From Chiloscyllium plagiosum (taxonomy: Eukaryota), in NCBI RefSeq assembly GCF_004010195.1, contig NC_057751.1, positions 13,602,267 through 13,666,266 of the forward strand: a stretch of DNA of 64,000 nucleotides, given 5' to 3'. The notes beneath the pieces were generated by a model that was not told the origin of the DNA, did no database searches, and saw only the letters and a program-made list of their open reading frames with translations. Position numbers and translations under genes: made by a program. Of the stretch, positions 11,676 through 23,560 are shown one piece after another (within the stretch, counting starts at the first letter, position 1; each line of letters begins with the position of its first letter).

Positions 11676-13084
11676 TACAGCTGTAATGCTATCCTTTATT
11701 AAAAATACCACTCTGCCTTCTATCCTTCCTGTACCATTTGTATCTGGGAATATTAAGCTGCCAGTCCTTGCCATCGCTGAGCCACATTTCTGTGATTGCT
11801 ATGATAGCCCAGTCCCATGTTCCGAGCCATACCCTGAGTTCATCTGCCTTCCCTATTAGGCCTCTTGCATTGAAATAAATGCAGTTTAATTAATCAGTCC
11901 TCCCTTGTTCTCTGCTTTGTTTCTGCCTGCCCTGACTGTTTGACTCGCTTCTTTTCTCAACTGTACCTGTCTCAGATTGATCTCTTTTCTCACTATCTCC
12001 CCACCTTACTAGTTTAAATCCTCCCGAGTAGCTCTCGCAAATCTTCCTGCCAGTATATTAGCCCCCTTCCAACTCAGGTGCAATCCGTCCTTCTTGTACA
12101 GATCACTTCTACCCCAAAAGCGATTCCGATGATCCAAAAATGTGAATCCTTCTCCCATACACTAGCTCCTCAGCCACACATTCATCTGCTCTATCCTCCT
12201 ATTCCTGCCCTCACTAGCTCATAGCACCGGGATTAATCCAGATATTACTACTCTCGAGGACCTTTTTAAATGCATGCATAACTTTTTATATTCTCCCTTC
12301 AGAATCTCATCCTTTTCTCTTCCTATGTCATTGGTTCCAATGTGTATTATGAGGTGTTGCATTTTGGAAAGTCAAATCAGGGCAGCACTTTTCACTTAAT
12401 GGTCAAGTCCTGGGGAGTGTTGTTGAACAAAGAGACATTGGAACCCAGGTTCATAGTTCCTTACAAGTGAAATCGCAGATAGGTAGGATAATGAAGAAGG
12501 CATTTGATATGCTTTCCTTTACTGGTCAGAACACTGAGTAAAGGAGTTGGGAGGTCATGTTGTGGCAATGCAGGCCCCTGGTTTGTCCACTTTTGGAATG
12601 TTATGTGCATTTCTGGTCTCCCTCCTATAGGGTTCAGAAAAGATTTACAATGATCTTGCCAGGTTTGAAGGGTTTGAGCTATAGGGAGAGGCTAAATAGA
12701 CTGGGGCTGTTTTCCCTGGAGCATTGGAGTCTGAGGGGTGACCTTACAGAGGTTTATAAAATCATGAGGGCATGAATAGGATAAATAGACAAGGTCTTTT
12801 CCCTGCATGGGGGGAGTCCAAAACTAGAGGGCATAGCTTTAAGGTGAGAGGGGAAAGATGTAAAAGAGACCTGAGGGGAAACTTTTTAATGCAGAGGGTA
12901 GTGCGTGTATGGAATGAACTGCCAGAGGAAGTGGTGGAGGCTGGTACAATTACAACATTCAAAAGGCACCTGGATGGGTAAGGTGCTGGCAAATGGGACT
13001 AGATTAGGTTAGGATATCTGGTCGCATGGACGAGTTGGACAGAAGGGTTTGGTTCTGTGCTGTACATCTCTGTGACTCTATGGC

Positions 13085-14100
13085 ATGCATATCTGTGCCC
13101 TCATGTTTATCTGTTTTATTCCTAAGGCTCCTTGCATTAAAATATATTCCTTTTAGCCTTGCTAAACTCATTTCTTTCTTATCTTGTATGTGTCCTCTTT
13201 CATACAAACTCACTCACACATGTTTGAACATCTTAATTCCAATTTCAGGTTTTCTCCCTTCTAAACTACTGGTAAGGATGACATCCCCTTGCCAATTTCG
13301 ATTAAATCTGCCCCAACAGCATTAGAAAAATTCCCAGTGAGGATGTCGGTTCCATTCCTATTCAGGTGTAGCCTGTCCAACATGTGGAGAACCGTCTCTC
13401 CCTGAAACATTCCCAAAGCCTGAGAAATCTAAAGCCCTCCCTCCTGCACCATCTCTTCAGCCATGCATTCATCTGCTCTATTCTTCCAGTCCTATATTTA
13501 CTGCTGCATAGCACAATTGGGTAATCTGGACACTGCTACTTTGGAAGTTTGCTTTTCAATTTACAACACAACTTCATTCAGTCTGCTTCCAAGCTTCATT
13601 TCACTTTCTTCTGATGTTGTTGATCCCAACAAATCTTCGCACAAACTTTGATCCCAACATAGATCACAACCTCTGGCTATTCAACTTATCCCTCAGAATG
13701 CCTTGCAGCCATTCTGTGACGTCCTTGACCATGGCACCTGAAAGCTGACAGACCATCCTGAAGTCACATCGATGGCCGCAAAAGCACCTGTCTACTCCCT
13801 TCACTGACATATTCCCGAACACAAATACCATTGCTCTTTTACATTTGTACCCCCACCGGAGTTGCTGGGCCACACACAGTGCCATGGCTTTGGTACTGGC
13901 CGGCCTCCACAAAGGAATCGTCACACTCACTGCTTTCCAAAGCTGAGAAATGGTTGTGAGCAAGGTGCACTCACGATCTAACTGGTCCCCTTCTTCTGTT
14001 TGATAGTCACCTCCTCTCTGCCTGCTTATTGTTATGCTGTGGGGTGACCATATCCTGAAATGCGCTATTTATGAATCTCCCACAGAGTACAGTGTGTGCA
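13085..14100 (-). mobile_element. Old CR1 LINE, ORF1 esterase / ORF2 start remnant
   Basis: GIYFNARSLRNK (13004..13213); V.G..S.VKGVDR.FCG....RMVC.L.GA.VKDVTEWLQGIL (13664..13963). Confidence 0.75.
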
Positions 14101-14193
14101 AATAATGAGTCTGAGTTCCCCAGAATATGGACCCTTGCTTTAATTTTACTTATTCCTACTTAAGTAATACAAAAGAAATCTTAGGCTTATTGA

Positions 14194-14310
14194 TTAGATT
14201 AGATTAGATTAGATTAGATTCCCTACAGTATGGAAACAGGCCCTACGGCCCAACAAGTCCACACCAATCCTCCGAAGAGTAACCCAGCCAGACCCATTCC
14301 CCTAGCCTCC
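14194..14310 (-). mobile_element. HE1-type SINE 3' fragment with (TAGAT)n tail on +
   Basis: (tagat)n array followed by ccctacagtatggaaacaggccc, shared with the other SINE copies. Confidence 0.75.
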
Positions 14311-14442
14311 TGAGGCTTCTTGATGAAAGGCTTTTGCCTGGCCTGCTGTCCTTTTTCAGCACCACTCTAATCTATCAAAAAGATGTTGAATTTTGAAGCT
14401 CTAATATGTTAATAATATATGTCATGCTTTTAAACTGTCTTT

Positions 14443-14730
14443 GATTAGATTACTCACAGTGAGGAAACAGGCCCTTTGGGCCAACAAGTCCACACCGACC
14501 CACAACCCACCCAGACACATTCCCCTACATTTACCCCTTCACCTAACACTAATTCACCTGACCTGCACATTTTTGGACTGTGGGAGGAAACCGGAGCACC
14601 CGGAGGAAACCCATGCAGACACAGGGAGAATGTGCAAACTCCACACAGTCAGTCGCCTGAGGCGAGAATTGAACCCAGATCTCTGGCGCTGTGAGGCAGC
14701 AGTGCTAACCACTGTGCCACCGGGCCGCCC
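14443..14730 (-). mobile_element. tRNA-derived SINE (HE1/V-SINE type)
   Basis: A box TGGCACAGTGG and B box GGTTCAATTC on the minus strand; conserved central domain; CR1-like tail. Confidence 0.88.
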
Positions 14731-15932
14731 ACAAATTTAAAATAAATTTAAAATGTCTTAATTTAAAATAAATATTGAATCGCAAGAGGCACTAGGGTAA
14801 TAGCCACCAATACAATACCTGCTCTCCAGTGACGACATATTTCACTTTTATTAGAGTATCTCTACAACTGGTCTCACCTTCCACAACCTTCTGTACTCAC
14901 TGCTCATTTTAATTTCACTCCTGTCATTCCTGAGTCCCCCACAGAGGGGACTCTGCTTGTCCATCAGAGATTCATCAAACAGCTGATTCCTGTCACTGGA
15001 GTCAAGCAAGACTCATTTACAATCAGTTCCAACAAATCCTCCTCTTCACCGGTTGACTGACTGTATTACATGAAATGAATTTGAAGTATGCCAAAGTGTA
15101 AAATTGGGCCAGCTCAGGCCTCAGTATTTAGAAAGAGGGTATAGATCCTTTTCCTCTTGTGTGCCCAAATATGGGCTTGTTTCCATTTCCACCCTACTAC
15201 ATTTTAGTCAATTGGAAGAGGGTGGTTGTGTGACAGGACACTGAATGCTCTTGATGCTCAGACCCCAAAGAATTCTTAAGTACGCTGGTACCTAATGCTG
15301 TAGGTGCCACCTTGTATATTTTTTGGAACGTCATTAGTCAAGCGCAGGGTAGATTGGTTAGACATTCCAGTTCTCTGAAATATCATTTAGTCTTCTGCCC
15401 CTTTGCTTGCCATTCCCCTGCTGCTTGGCATTCTGTTAAGATTTCTCGTGATAAGTTAAGATGTCTAGTGATTGTGATAGAAGCAGACAGTTGGTTGGCT
15501 AAAGCTCTGCATTGTCATTCACACAAAGGGATTCCCCATCATTTTGAAACAACGCCAGAGAGATGGCAGTTTATTAATTCATGAGCAAAACCAAGTCGAG
15601 GATTAGAATCTCAGCAGCAGTATCCTTGATGTGGTTCCTGCCTACTTCCTGAATGGAAAACTAATGATTTGAAGTGATTTGGTTTCTTTTTTTAGGTACC
15701 TCCAGCAATGTCTGTGCTACATCTAAATAAACACAATTCTCTTTTGAAAGCAACTTTTAAGAATTTCATACTGATCAGATATTTGGCCCAACCTAAGATT
15801 GTGTTGGGTTCAATGTACTCAGGGAATATGAACAAATTTTTATGTAGGAGTTAATATCAAGAAATTATGCAAAGTCATCTTTCGTAATAAATTTGGTGCA
15901 GTGCATAAGGACCACATGGTTAGATTGGATGA

Positions 15933-16175
15933 TTAGATTAGATTCCCTACAGTGTGGAAATAGGCCCTTCGGCCCAACAATGCCACACCGACCCTCCAAA
16001 GAGTAACCCACACAGACCCATTTCCCTCTGACTAATGCACGTAACATCATGGGCAATTTAGCGTGGCCAATTCACCTAACCTGCACATCTTTGAACTGTA
16101 GGAGGAAACCAGAGCACCCGGAGGAAACTCACGCAGACACGGGGAGAACGTGCAAACTCCACACAGACAGTCACC
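15933..16175 (-). mobile_element. HE1-type SINE, 5'-truncated
   Basis: High similarity to 14443-14730 and 34088-34383. Confidence 0.85.
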
Positions 16176-17166
16176 TCTTGCTGCAACATTCATAGAACTA
16201 AATAAAAAGACCACGTTTCAGATTCTCAGTTGCAAAGTATATTTGTGAAAAATTTAGAAGTGTAGGCTAAGAGATTTTAAAAGACTAGGAACTCTTCCTT
16301 CTGTCATTACAATTAAAAAAATCCTCTTTCATCAAGTTAATTGTAAAGAAATGTGAACAGAATTGATTGCTCACTTCCTGCAAGTTCAGGTGTCGAGCTG
16401 TTGTCAACATGAGGCCAACTGGCACCCCCTGTTGGCTCAGCTGTCCTATGTAACTGGATTTTGGCAATATCAGAAAGCCAAATGGTCTCATTCTCAAACA
16501 AGGCAACAACATAAATATGTAACAAAATATGAAACCTTGCCTTAAACTATAGGTAGTTTAAAATTAAGTGCGTATATAGTCAGGATATTACACTGACATA
16601 AGAGATTTATCAAAGGAACAAAATGCATTCACCTTTTGATCATAAAATGGGAGTGTACTTTAGTTAAGATTATTCACAATCAAGCATGTATGTCAACATG
16701 TATGTTTATAACATGTAGCAGTTACAGATGATGCTCATCATTACACAACGAGCATAGAGTTTCAGCTTAACTTTCAATATTGCTTTTTCCAAAGTGAAGG
16801 TCAAAATTTTCTACTTTAACACCATTTATAATAGAAGCCAATATCGATGCAAAGTTATCCTTTTCAAACAGAAGGTTATAATTTCATCCCTATCTGTTCC
16901 TGTTGATGTATATATGGTTAAGACCAAAGACCAAAACACCCCATAAGATATAAAAGTAGAACTGGGCCACACGCCTCATTGAGTCTGCTCGATGGCTGAT
17001 ATCTTTATCAACTGCATCCTCCTGCTTTCTCAGAACCCTTGATCCTCTGACTAATCAAGGACCTACCCCACTAATCTCGCAGCTTAACCATGTGCCAGCA
17101 GTGTTCGCAGAAACCATACTGCATGTGCAGCAAACAAATAACCACATGTGACAGTCTCAGGAGGGA

Positions 17167-17480
17167 TTAGATTCCCTACAGTATGGAAGCAGGCCATTTG
17201 GCCCAACAAGTCCACACTGACCCTCCAATGAGTATCGCACCCAGACCCATTCCCCTACATTTACCCCTGACTAATGAACCTAATATTATGGGCAATTTAG
17301 CATGGCCAATTAACCTGACCTGCACATCGTTGGACGCTGGGAGGAAACTGGAGCACCTGGAGGAAACCCACACAGACACGGGGAGAATGTGCAAACTCCA
17401 CACAGACAGTCACCCAAGGTGGGAATTGAACCCAGGTCCCTGGCACTGTGAGGCAACAGTGCTAACCACTGAGCCACCCT
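17167..17480 (-). mobile_element. HE1-type SINE
   Basis: A and B boxes, central domain and tail. Confidence 0.88.
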
Positions 17481-17499
17481 GGGAGGAGGGCTCTAGATT

Positions 17500-17780
17500 T
17501 TATAAAATTCATTTGTGGGACATGGACATCAGTGGCTGGCCAGCATTTATGGCCCATCACTAGTTGCTGTTGGGAAGGCAGTCGTGAGCTGCCTTCTTGA
17601 ACTGTGGCAGGCCACCTGCAGTGGGTTGATTCACAATGCCATGAGGAAGGGAATTCCAAGATTTTGACCCAGCGACAGTAAAGGAATGGTGATATATTTC
17701 CAAGTCAGGGTGGTGAGTGGCTTGGAGGGGATATTGAAGATGGTGGTGTTCCTACATATCTGCTACCCTGGCCCTTCTAG
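17500..17780 (-). mobile_element. 3' end of L2/CR1-group LINE
   Basis: Reverse complement matches the tail at 23320-23560. Confidence 0.7.
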
Positions 17781-17789
17781 ATGAGAGTA

Positions 17790-19835
17790 TCTGCAAAAAG
17801 AAGGCATTGGGGAAGTTGGGGGTGGGTGCAGTGGCAGCCGTTCCCAGCAGAATAAGACTCGATAAAGTTAGTTTTTGGCACTGGGGATTGGGGAAGAGAG
17901 GATGGCAGTTGTAGAGGGGGTAACAATATCTGCATGGATGAATAAGGAAAAGCAGGTCAGCCAGGAGAAGGGTGTTCATCTATGGTCAGGAGTACCATGG
18001 GTGTGCTTGAGAACACTTGGCATGTGTATGCCTTGTTCTTCTTGCTTTAAGATGATACAGCAGGCTCTCTGCACAGACCTCCATCAATGAAACATTGTCC
18101 GTGTGGCCATGAAATGATGCCTGATGCTGTTGCAAAGCCATTTGGGCCTACAGAGAGAGGCAAGCAATCCAATGTAAGGTGAAATCAGTGGCATTTTGAC
18201 ACAAGTCCACAATCAGTGACAGTGCATTTTTACATATGCCACTGAAAGTGGCCTCAGTAGGTTTTCTGTTTCATCTCCCTCCCATGATATCTTAGTGTGA
18301 TCCCTGGTTCCATCGCAAATGTGGAGGGAGCAGACTCAGCAGTAGAATCTGTTGGCCCTGGAGGTTTTGTTGGCGGCCCTAGAGTGTTTATGTCTGGATA
18401 GTCACACATGCCGCGAATCTTGTCAGAGGCAGGTTGACCATCCCCAGCATAAACTTCGAGCTGTCAGAGTTGGATAGGCTGAATGGAGGTGAAGGGCTTG
18501 TCTACCTCTGGCATGTCCAAAGAGGAGTCTTCTGAGGGGACTGCATGTCATTTCCCCCTTCAGCTTAGTTCTTCATGGACCACCCCATGCGTGCGCATCA
18601 AGGTTCCCGTCCCATGACTTTGATTGTGAAGATAGTAGAGAGCAGCAAACCCTGAAGATGCTGGACTTGGCTCTCCATGGCTTGTGCCAACCTGTCTTTG
18701 GAGGCAAATAGACAGTTGCATAATTCATAGCACCGCTGCAGCTTCATTGCACCCACATAACTGTCTGCTGCTCCTGTTCCTGTGCATGCCGATGAAGTCC
18801 CTGACTGCCACCGTCACATAGCTGTGGCTGAGTAAGTGCCAGTTCTCCGACAGTCCTCTGAGTGCCAGTGGTCTGGGGCATTGTTTCCTCAGCCAGCTGT
18901 GGAACTGTTGCAGTCAAGAGCTTAACAGATTGTGCTCAAACACTCTCTAGGCGTAACGTTCCAAACGAGGTGTCAGTATCTGGGCTGATGGGGAAGACTG
19001 CCGGAGGCAGTATTGTTGATGGTACTCTTGTTCTCCGAGATTGTGTAGACGGCATCTGGGGCAGCAGCTGTGGCTAAGATACTGGTTGGACCTGCAACGT
19101 GAAAGACAAGACATTGTAACCAGTGGTTTTGAAGTAATATGCAACGAACGACAATGGCAGTGGGTTTCAGGTGAGAGTCGCAGTGGAACGAAGTTTGTTA
19201 CTCACTCACTTAACAGGATGCGAATGCAGAAGTGGCGGTCCTGGTTTTCTCCTGCCGGGGCCAGGATTATTTCTCATAGGAGGTGATCAGCTGAATTTCA
19301 GGCACCCATCCACCCAAGCAGGCTTGCTCTGTACTGTTATTGGGCGCCTTCATCTTTAATGAGTGAGGTGAAAGTGGGTGGCATGGATGGTGCTGCTTGA
19401 ATGGTGGTGAGGCGTGCTGAGGAGGCAGTGCGGAGGCCATGCATTGTCAGTAATGTGGGTGGTAGTTTGAAAAAGTGAGAGGGAATCATAGTGCCATCTT
19501 CCCCTTCCTGAAATGTTTACAATCTGTCCCCTTCATGAGCAAGACAGCTTTGATATGACAACGTTCCTCCAGGTACACATTGTTTGGTTTTAAAAATTGC
19601 ACAGCGTTAGGGGGTGCTGGTCTTTTGGTGGCTATCCTCTGATCGGCAAGTTGTTCTGGGAACGGTGTCTGGTAAGGTGGGCCCAGAACTGGTCATGGTC
19701 GGGGCGAGGCACATAGTTAATGTCAAGTAAGTTTAATAAGATACAATGAGAAAACATATGAGGCCCTTGTGGTGGAAATCTCTCCAAAAACCTTGATGCA
19801 GTTCAGACTTAGCCAAAAAAGTAAGATTTAGCCTT
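17790..19835 (-). mobile_element. Decayed PIF/Harbinger-type DNA transposon, Myb/SANT-like ORF remnant
   Basis: Minus-strand KAPNNSTEQACLGGWVPEIQLITSYEK..LAPAGENQDR then a gtgagt donor (19200-19355) resembles the TGGG/LTPxEE C-flank of Harbinger Myb proteins; possible terminus gtaagatttagcc at ~19821-19833. Family call is from recall. Confidence 0.4.
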
Positions 19836-19904
19836 AATTTTCCTCACCACCAGTCCCAATAAGGTTGAACAAGACCGTGCACAATCTTGGCTGTTATATT
19901 TATG

Positions 19905-20029
19905 ATGAAGGGCTTTTGCCTGAAACATCGATTCTCCTGCTCCTCAGATGCTGCCTGACCTGCTGTGCTTTTCCAGCACCATTCTAATCTTGACTCTAAT
20001 CTCCAATATCTACAGTACCCACTTCTGCT
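19905..20029 (+). mobile_element. Solo Penelope-derived terminal-repeat insert
   Basis: 14-bp TSD ctgttatatttatg at 19891-19904 and 20030-20043; begins inside the hammerhead core. Confidence 0.85.
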
Positions 20030-20995
20030 CTGTTATATTTATGTTTCCACTAAATTTGAGTTCTCTGTCACCTTTCTACAAGTTTTTATTTTCACCTCTG
20101 TGATATTGGGAATGTTGTTTCCCTGTCTCAACTCATATGCTGCTGAACCCCTCATTCATATCTTGTAAATTAATTATTTTAACCTGGCTTGCCTCCCACA
20201 TTTTATTCTTGAGGTTGTTCAAAAGCCTGCTGCTGATATCTGAATTTGCAGAATTTCTCAAGTCCATCTTTCCTGCTTTGATTTTAAACCGTGCATACTT
20301 TCATGCAAACCTTTTTCAGGAAAACAACAGCCCTACACTTCAGTTCTCTACCAAGTCTAAACTCTTCAACATTGATGGCTGGGTCTTCAGTAACCTCCCT
20401 CCCTCTCTTCCTTTCTATCCTCTGTGGGAATATGGGTTCACATGACACATGGACTTTGATGTGGAATCATTACACAATGCGTTGAAACAATTTTCCGCTG
20501 ACTGCTTCGTGATACAAGTCTCAGGCAAAGGTGAGGAATTGAATGAATGTGTGAAGTTTGACAAGCATTCATGTGTTAAGCAATCTTCTTAAGATATAGC
20601 TCTTTATTGATCACTGTTTCATACTGTGGACAGCTATAGTCAGTACACTAGAAGTAAGTGGCAAAGGGTTCAGAAGGAGTACAGCAGAGGATTATTACAA
20701 TGATCTGAGGGGTGAGGGACTACAGCCAGAGGGAGAGACTGGAAAAGGTATGACTGTTCTCCTTAGAACAGGGAAGGTTAGGAAGTGATAAAAATGATTA
20801 ATCCTCCATGTTGAAAAACACTTCGAGCAAGCACTGAGGATGACAATGGTGCTAAATGCACCCCTGCGTGAGGGATTTCTCTGTCCACTACCAAGAGTGG
20901 CTCAGTAGCACCACAACTGATTGAGCTGGTCAGGTCCAAAAGGACATAGCTGCTAGACTGAGTGTGTAGTAAGTGGTAAGGGAACCAACAAGAAA

Positions 20996-21333
20996 GCAGC
21001 ACAGTGGCTCAGTGGTTAGCACTGCTGCCTGACATCACTACAGACCCAGGTTCGAGTCCAGTCTCAGGCGACTGACTGTGTGGAGTTTGCACATTCTCCA
21101 TGTGTCTTCATTGGTTTCCTCCGGGTGCTCCAGTTTCCTCCCACAATTCAAGGATGTGCAGGTTAGGTGAAGTGGCCGTGCTAAGTGTTCAGGGATGTGT
21201 AGGTTCGGTGCATTAGTTAGGGGTAAATGTGGAGTAATAGGGTAGGGGAATGGGTCTGGGTAGGTTACTCTTTGGAGGGTCAATGTGGACTTGTCGGGCA
21301 AAAGGGCCTGTTTCCATATTGTAGGGATTCTAT
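20996..21333 (+). mobile_element. HE1-type SINE
   Basis: A box TGGCTCAGTGG (~21005) and B box GGTTCGAGTCC (~21049). Confidence 0.88.
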
Positions 21334-21354
21334 AATGTGATATGAAAGGAAAAA

Positions 21355-23560
21355 TGAACTTGACATCATCCTCACCAATCTGTTGGCTGCAGCTACATCT
21401 GTCCTTGTGGAGATAATATCCCTTCACATTGAGAATAGCTTCTATCATGCTGTATGATACTATCAAAGTGCTAAATAGGTAAATTCATGCAGATCTAGCA
21501 ACTGAAGACTGGCTAACCATGAGGCACAGTGGGCCAACAGCAGCAGAATTATTCAGACACAATTTGCACCTTCATGGCCCGGCACATCCACATTCAACAA
21601 TTCCAACAAGTCAGGAGATTAACCCTGATTCAATGGAGAGTGCAGGAGGGCCACTGGGCATACCTAAAAAAAATGAGGCGTCAATCTGATGGAGCTATCA
21701 AACGGGATGACTTAGGTGCCAAACAGCATAAGCAGCAAGTGAGAGAGGTAAGCGATCCGAGAACCAATGAATCAGATCTATGCTTTGCGGTCCTTCCACA
21801 TCCAGTCAAGACTGGTGGTGAACAATTCAGCAACTCACTTCAGGAGGAGGCTCCACATATATCCCCATCCTCAATGATGGAACAGCCAGCACACCAGTGC
21901 AAAAGGTTGAAGCATTCACAGAAATCTGCAGCCAGAAATGCTGAGCGGATGATCCATCTCTGCCTTCTCCAGTGGTCCCAGCATCATGGACGCCAGTCTT
22001 CAGCCAATTCGATTCACTATATGTGATATGAGCCCTCACAACATTCCAGCAATATTACTGAAGACTTATGCTCCAGAACTTGCCACTCCCTTAGCCAAGC
22101 TCTTTCAGTACAGTTACAACACTGGCATCTGCCAGCAATGTAGGAAGTTGCCCAGGTATGTTCTGTGCACAAAAAGCCAGACCTGACCAATGACTGCCCC
22201 TTTGCTCATCACTAAAGTGATGGAAGGTGGTGTCAGCAGTGTTATCAGGCAGCACTATCAATAACATGTACACTGATTCCCAGTCAGGGTTCCGCCAGGA
22301 CCACTCAGTTCTTAACCTCATTCAATCTTTGCTTCAAACATGGGCAAAACAGCTGAATTCCAGAAGTGCAGGAAGAGTAACAACACTGCAAGGCTGCATT
22401 TGACTGAGTGTGGCTTCAAGGAGTCCTACCAAAACTGGAATTCATCAGTATCGAGGTAAACACTTCATTGATTGGAGTCATACCTGGCACAGAGGAAGAT
22501 GGGCTTCCTGAAGAAGGGCTTATGCCCGAAACGTCGATTCTCCTGTTCCTTGGATGCTGCCTGACCTGCTGCGCTTTTCCAGATACACATTTTCAGCTCT
22601 GATCTCCAGCACCTGCAGTCCTCACTTTCTCCTCCACAGAGGAAGATGGATGTGGTTGTTGGAGGTCAGTCACGTCGGCTCCAGGACATCTTTGCAGGAG
22701 TTTCTCAGGGTAGTGTCCTCAGCCCAACTGTCTTCAGCTGCTTCATCAATGGCCTTCCTTCCATCATAAGGTCAGAATTGTAGATATTCATCACCGTCCA
22801 GACTCCTCAATTACTGAAGAAGTGCACTTTGCAAGGTAAAAAGACCTGGACAGTATCCGGTCTTAGGATAAAAAGTGGCAGATCAATTTTGTGCTACACA
22901 AATGGGGATGGTCAGGCAATGACCATTGCCAAGAAGAGACAATCTAACCAATGCCCCTTCAGTTACCATCACTGAATTCCCTGCTATCAAGATCCTGGGA
23001 GTTACTGTTGATCGGAAGCTCAACTGGACTCACCACAAAAACACAGTGACTACAAGAGCAGGTCATAGACTAGGAAAACTGCAGTGAGTAACTCACATCC
23101 TCACTCCACAAAGCCTGTCAAGCACCTACAAGGCACAAATCAGGATTGTGATGGAATACTCCCCACTTGCCTGGATGGGTGCAGCTCCAACAACACTCAA
23201 GAAGCTTGGACACCATCCAGGATAAAGCAGCCCACTTGATTGGCATCACATCCACAAACATCCACTCTCTCTATCACTGACCCTCAGTCAGAGCAGTGTG
23301 TACAGTATCATCTAGAAAGTTAAGGGCAGCTGACACAAGGGAACATGACCACCTGTAAGTTCCCCTCCAAGCCACTCACCATCCTGACTTGGAAATACTT
23401 CAACGTTTCTTCAGTGTTGCTGGGTCAAAATCCTCGGCATTGTGAGTCCACCCACAGAATGTGAACTGTAGGGCTTCAAGAAGGTAGCTTACCACTAGCT
23501 TCTCAAGGGCAACTGGGGACAAGCAGTAAATGCCAGCGACAACCATGTCCCATGTGCGAA
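21355..23560 (+). mobile_element. Old L2/CR1-group LINE ORF2 remnant with 3' tail
   Basis: APELATPLAKLFQYSY (21986..22186), QSGFRQDHS (~22280) and SQGSVL (~22705) RT motifs; the tail recurs at 17500, 33600-33980 and 34420. Confidence 0.75.
22503..22634 (+). mobile_element. Solo Penelope-derived terminal-repeat insert with intact hammerhead core
   Basis: Perfect 15-bp TSD cacagaggaagatgg at 22488-22502 and 22635-22649; CTGAAGA-A-GGGC-TTAT-GCCC-GAAA-CG-TC at 22508-22535. Confidence 0.88.

Larger units (their letters stand above)
9655..12349 (-). mobile_element. CR1 LINE with ORF1 esterase remnant, APE domain and 3' end; RT core internally deleted near 10180
   Basis: YKKDGLHLSWKGANILAGRFA (~12010-12100, SGNH-type ORF1); YFNARGL at ~11860-11880; PLFKKG..PGNYRPVSL (10185..10418) joins directly to the 3' region. 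Confidence 0.85.
7455..13082 (+). mobile_element. CR1 LINE RT/3' end in three pieces (7455-7657, 9478-9654, 12350-13082), split by two antisense CR1 insertions
   Basis: PQGSVLG (7620), then NDL...[10 protein letters not shown]...KCE (9480-9654), then VLHFG...3' UTR ending ctctgtgactcta; TGAGGT duplicated at 9649-9654 and 12350-12355. Confidence 0.85.

Noticed and set aside
14194..14220. (TAGAT)n and (TAATC)n arrays, and the 63151 duplication, as CRISPR-like or satellite arrays
   Set aside because: These are SINE/LINE microsatellite tails and a simple duplication; no repeat-spacer structure, and the context is eukaryotic.
14441..14740. Recurring ORFs such as [23 protein letters not shown]
   Set aside because: Antisense translations of HE1-type SINEs, not proteins.
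14940..15060. Short open frame EGTLLVHQRFIKQLIPV... after a cag acceptor-like site
   Set aside because: No homology recognised and no supporting partner exon.
21000..21062. tRNA-like A/B boxes
   Set aside because: SINE heads continuing into SINE body; no complete cloverleaf, so no tRNA gene is called.
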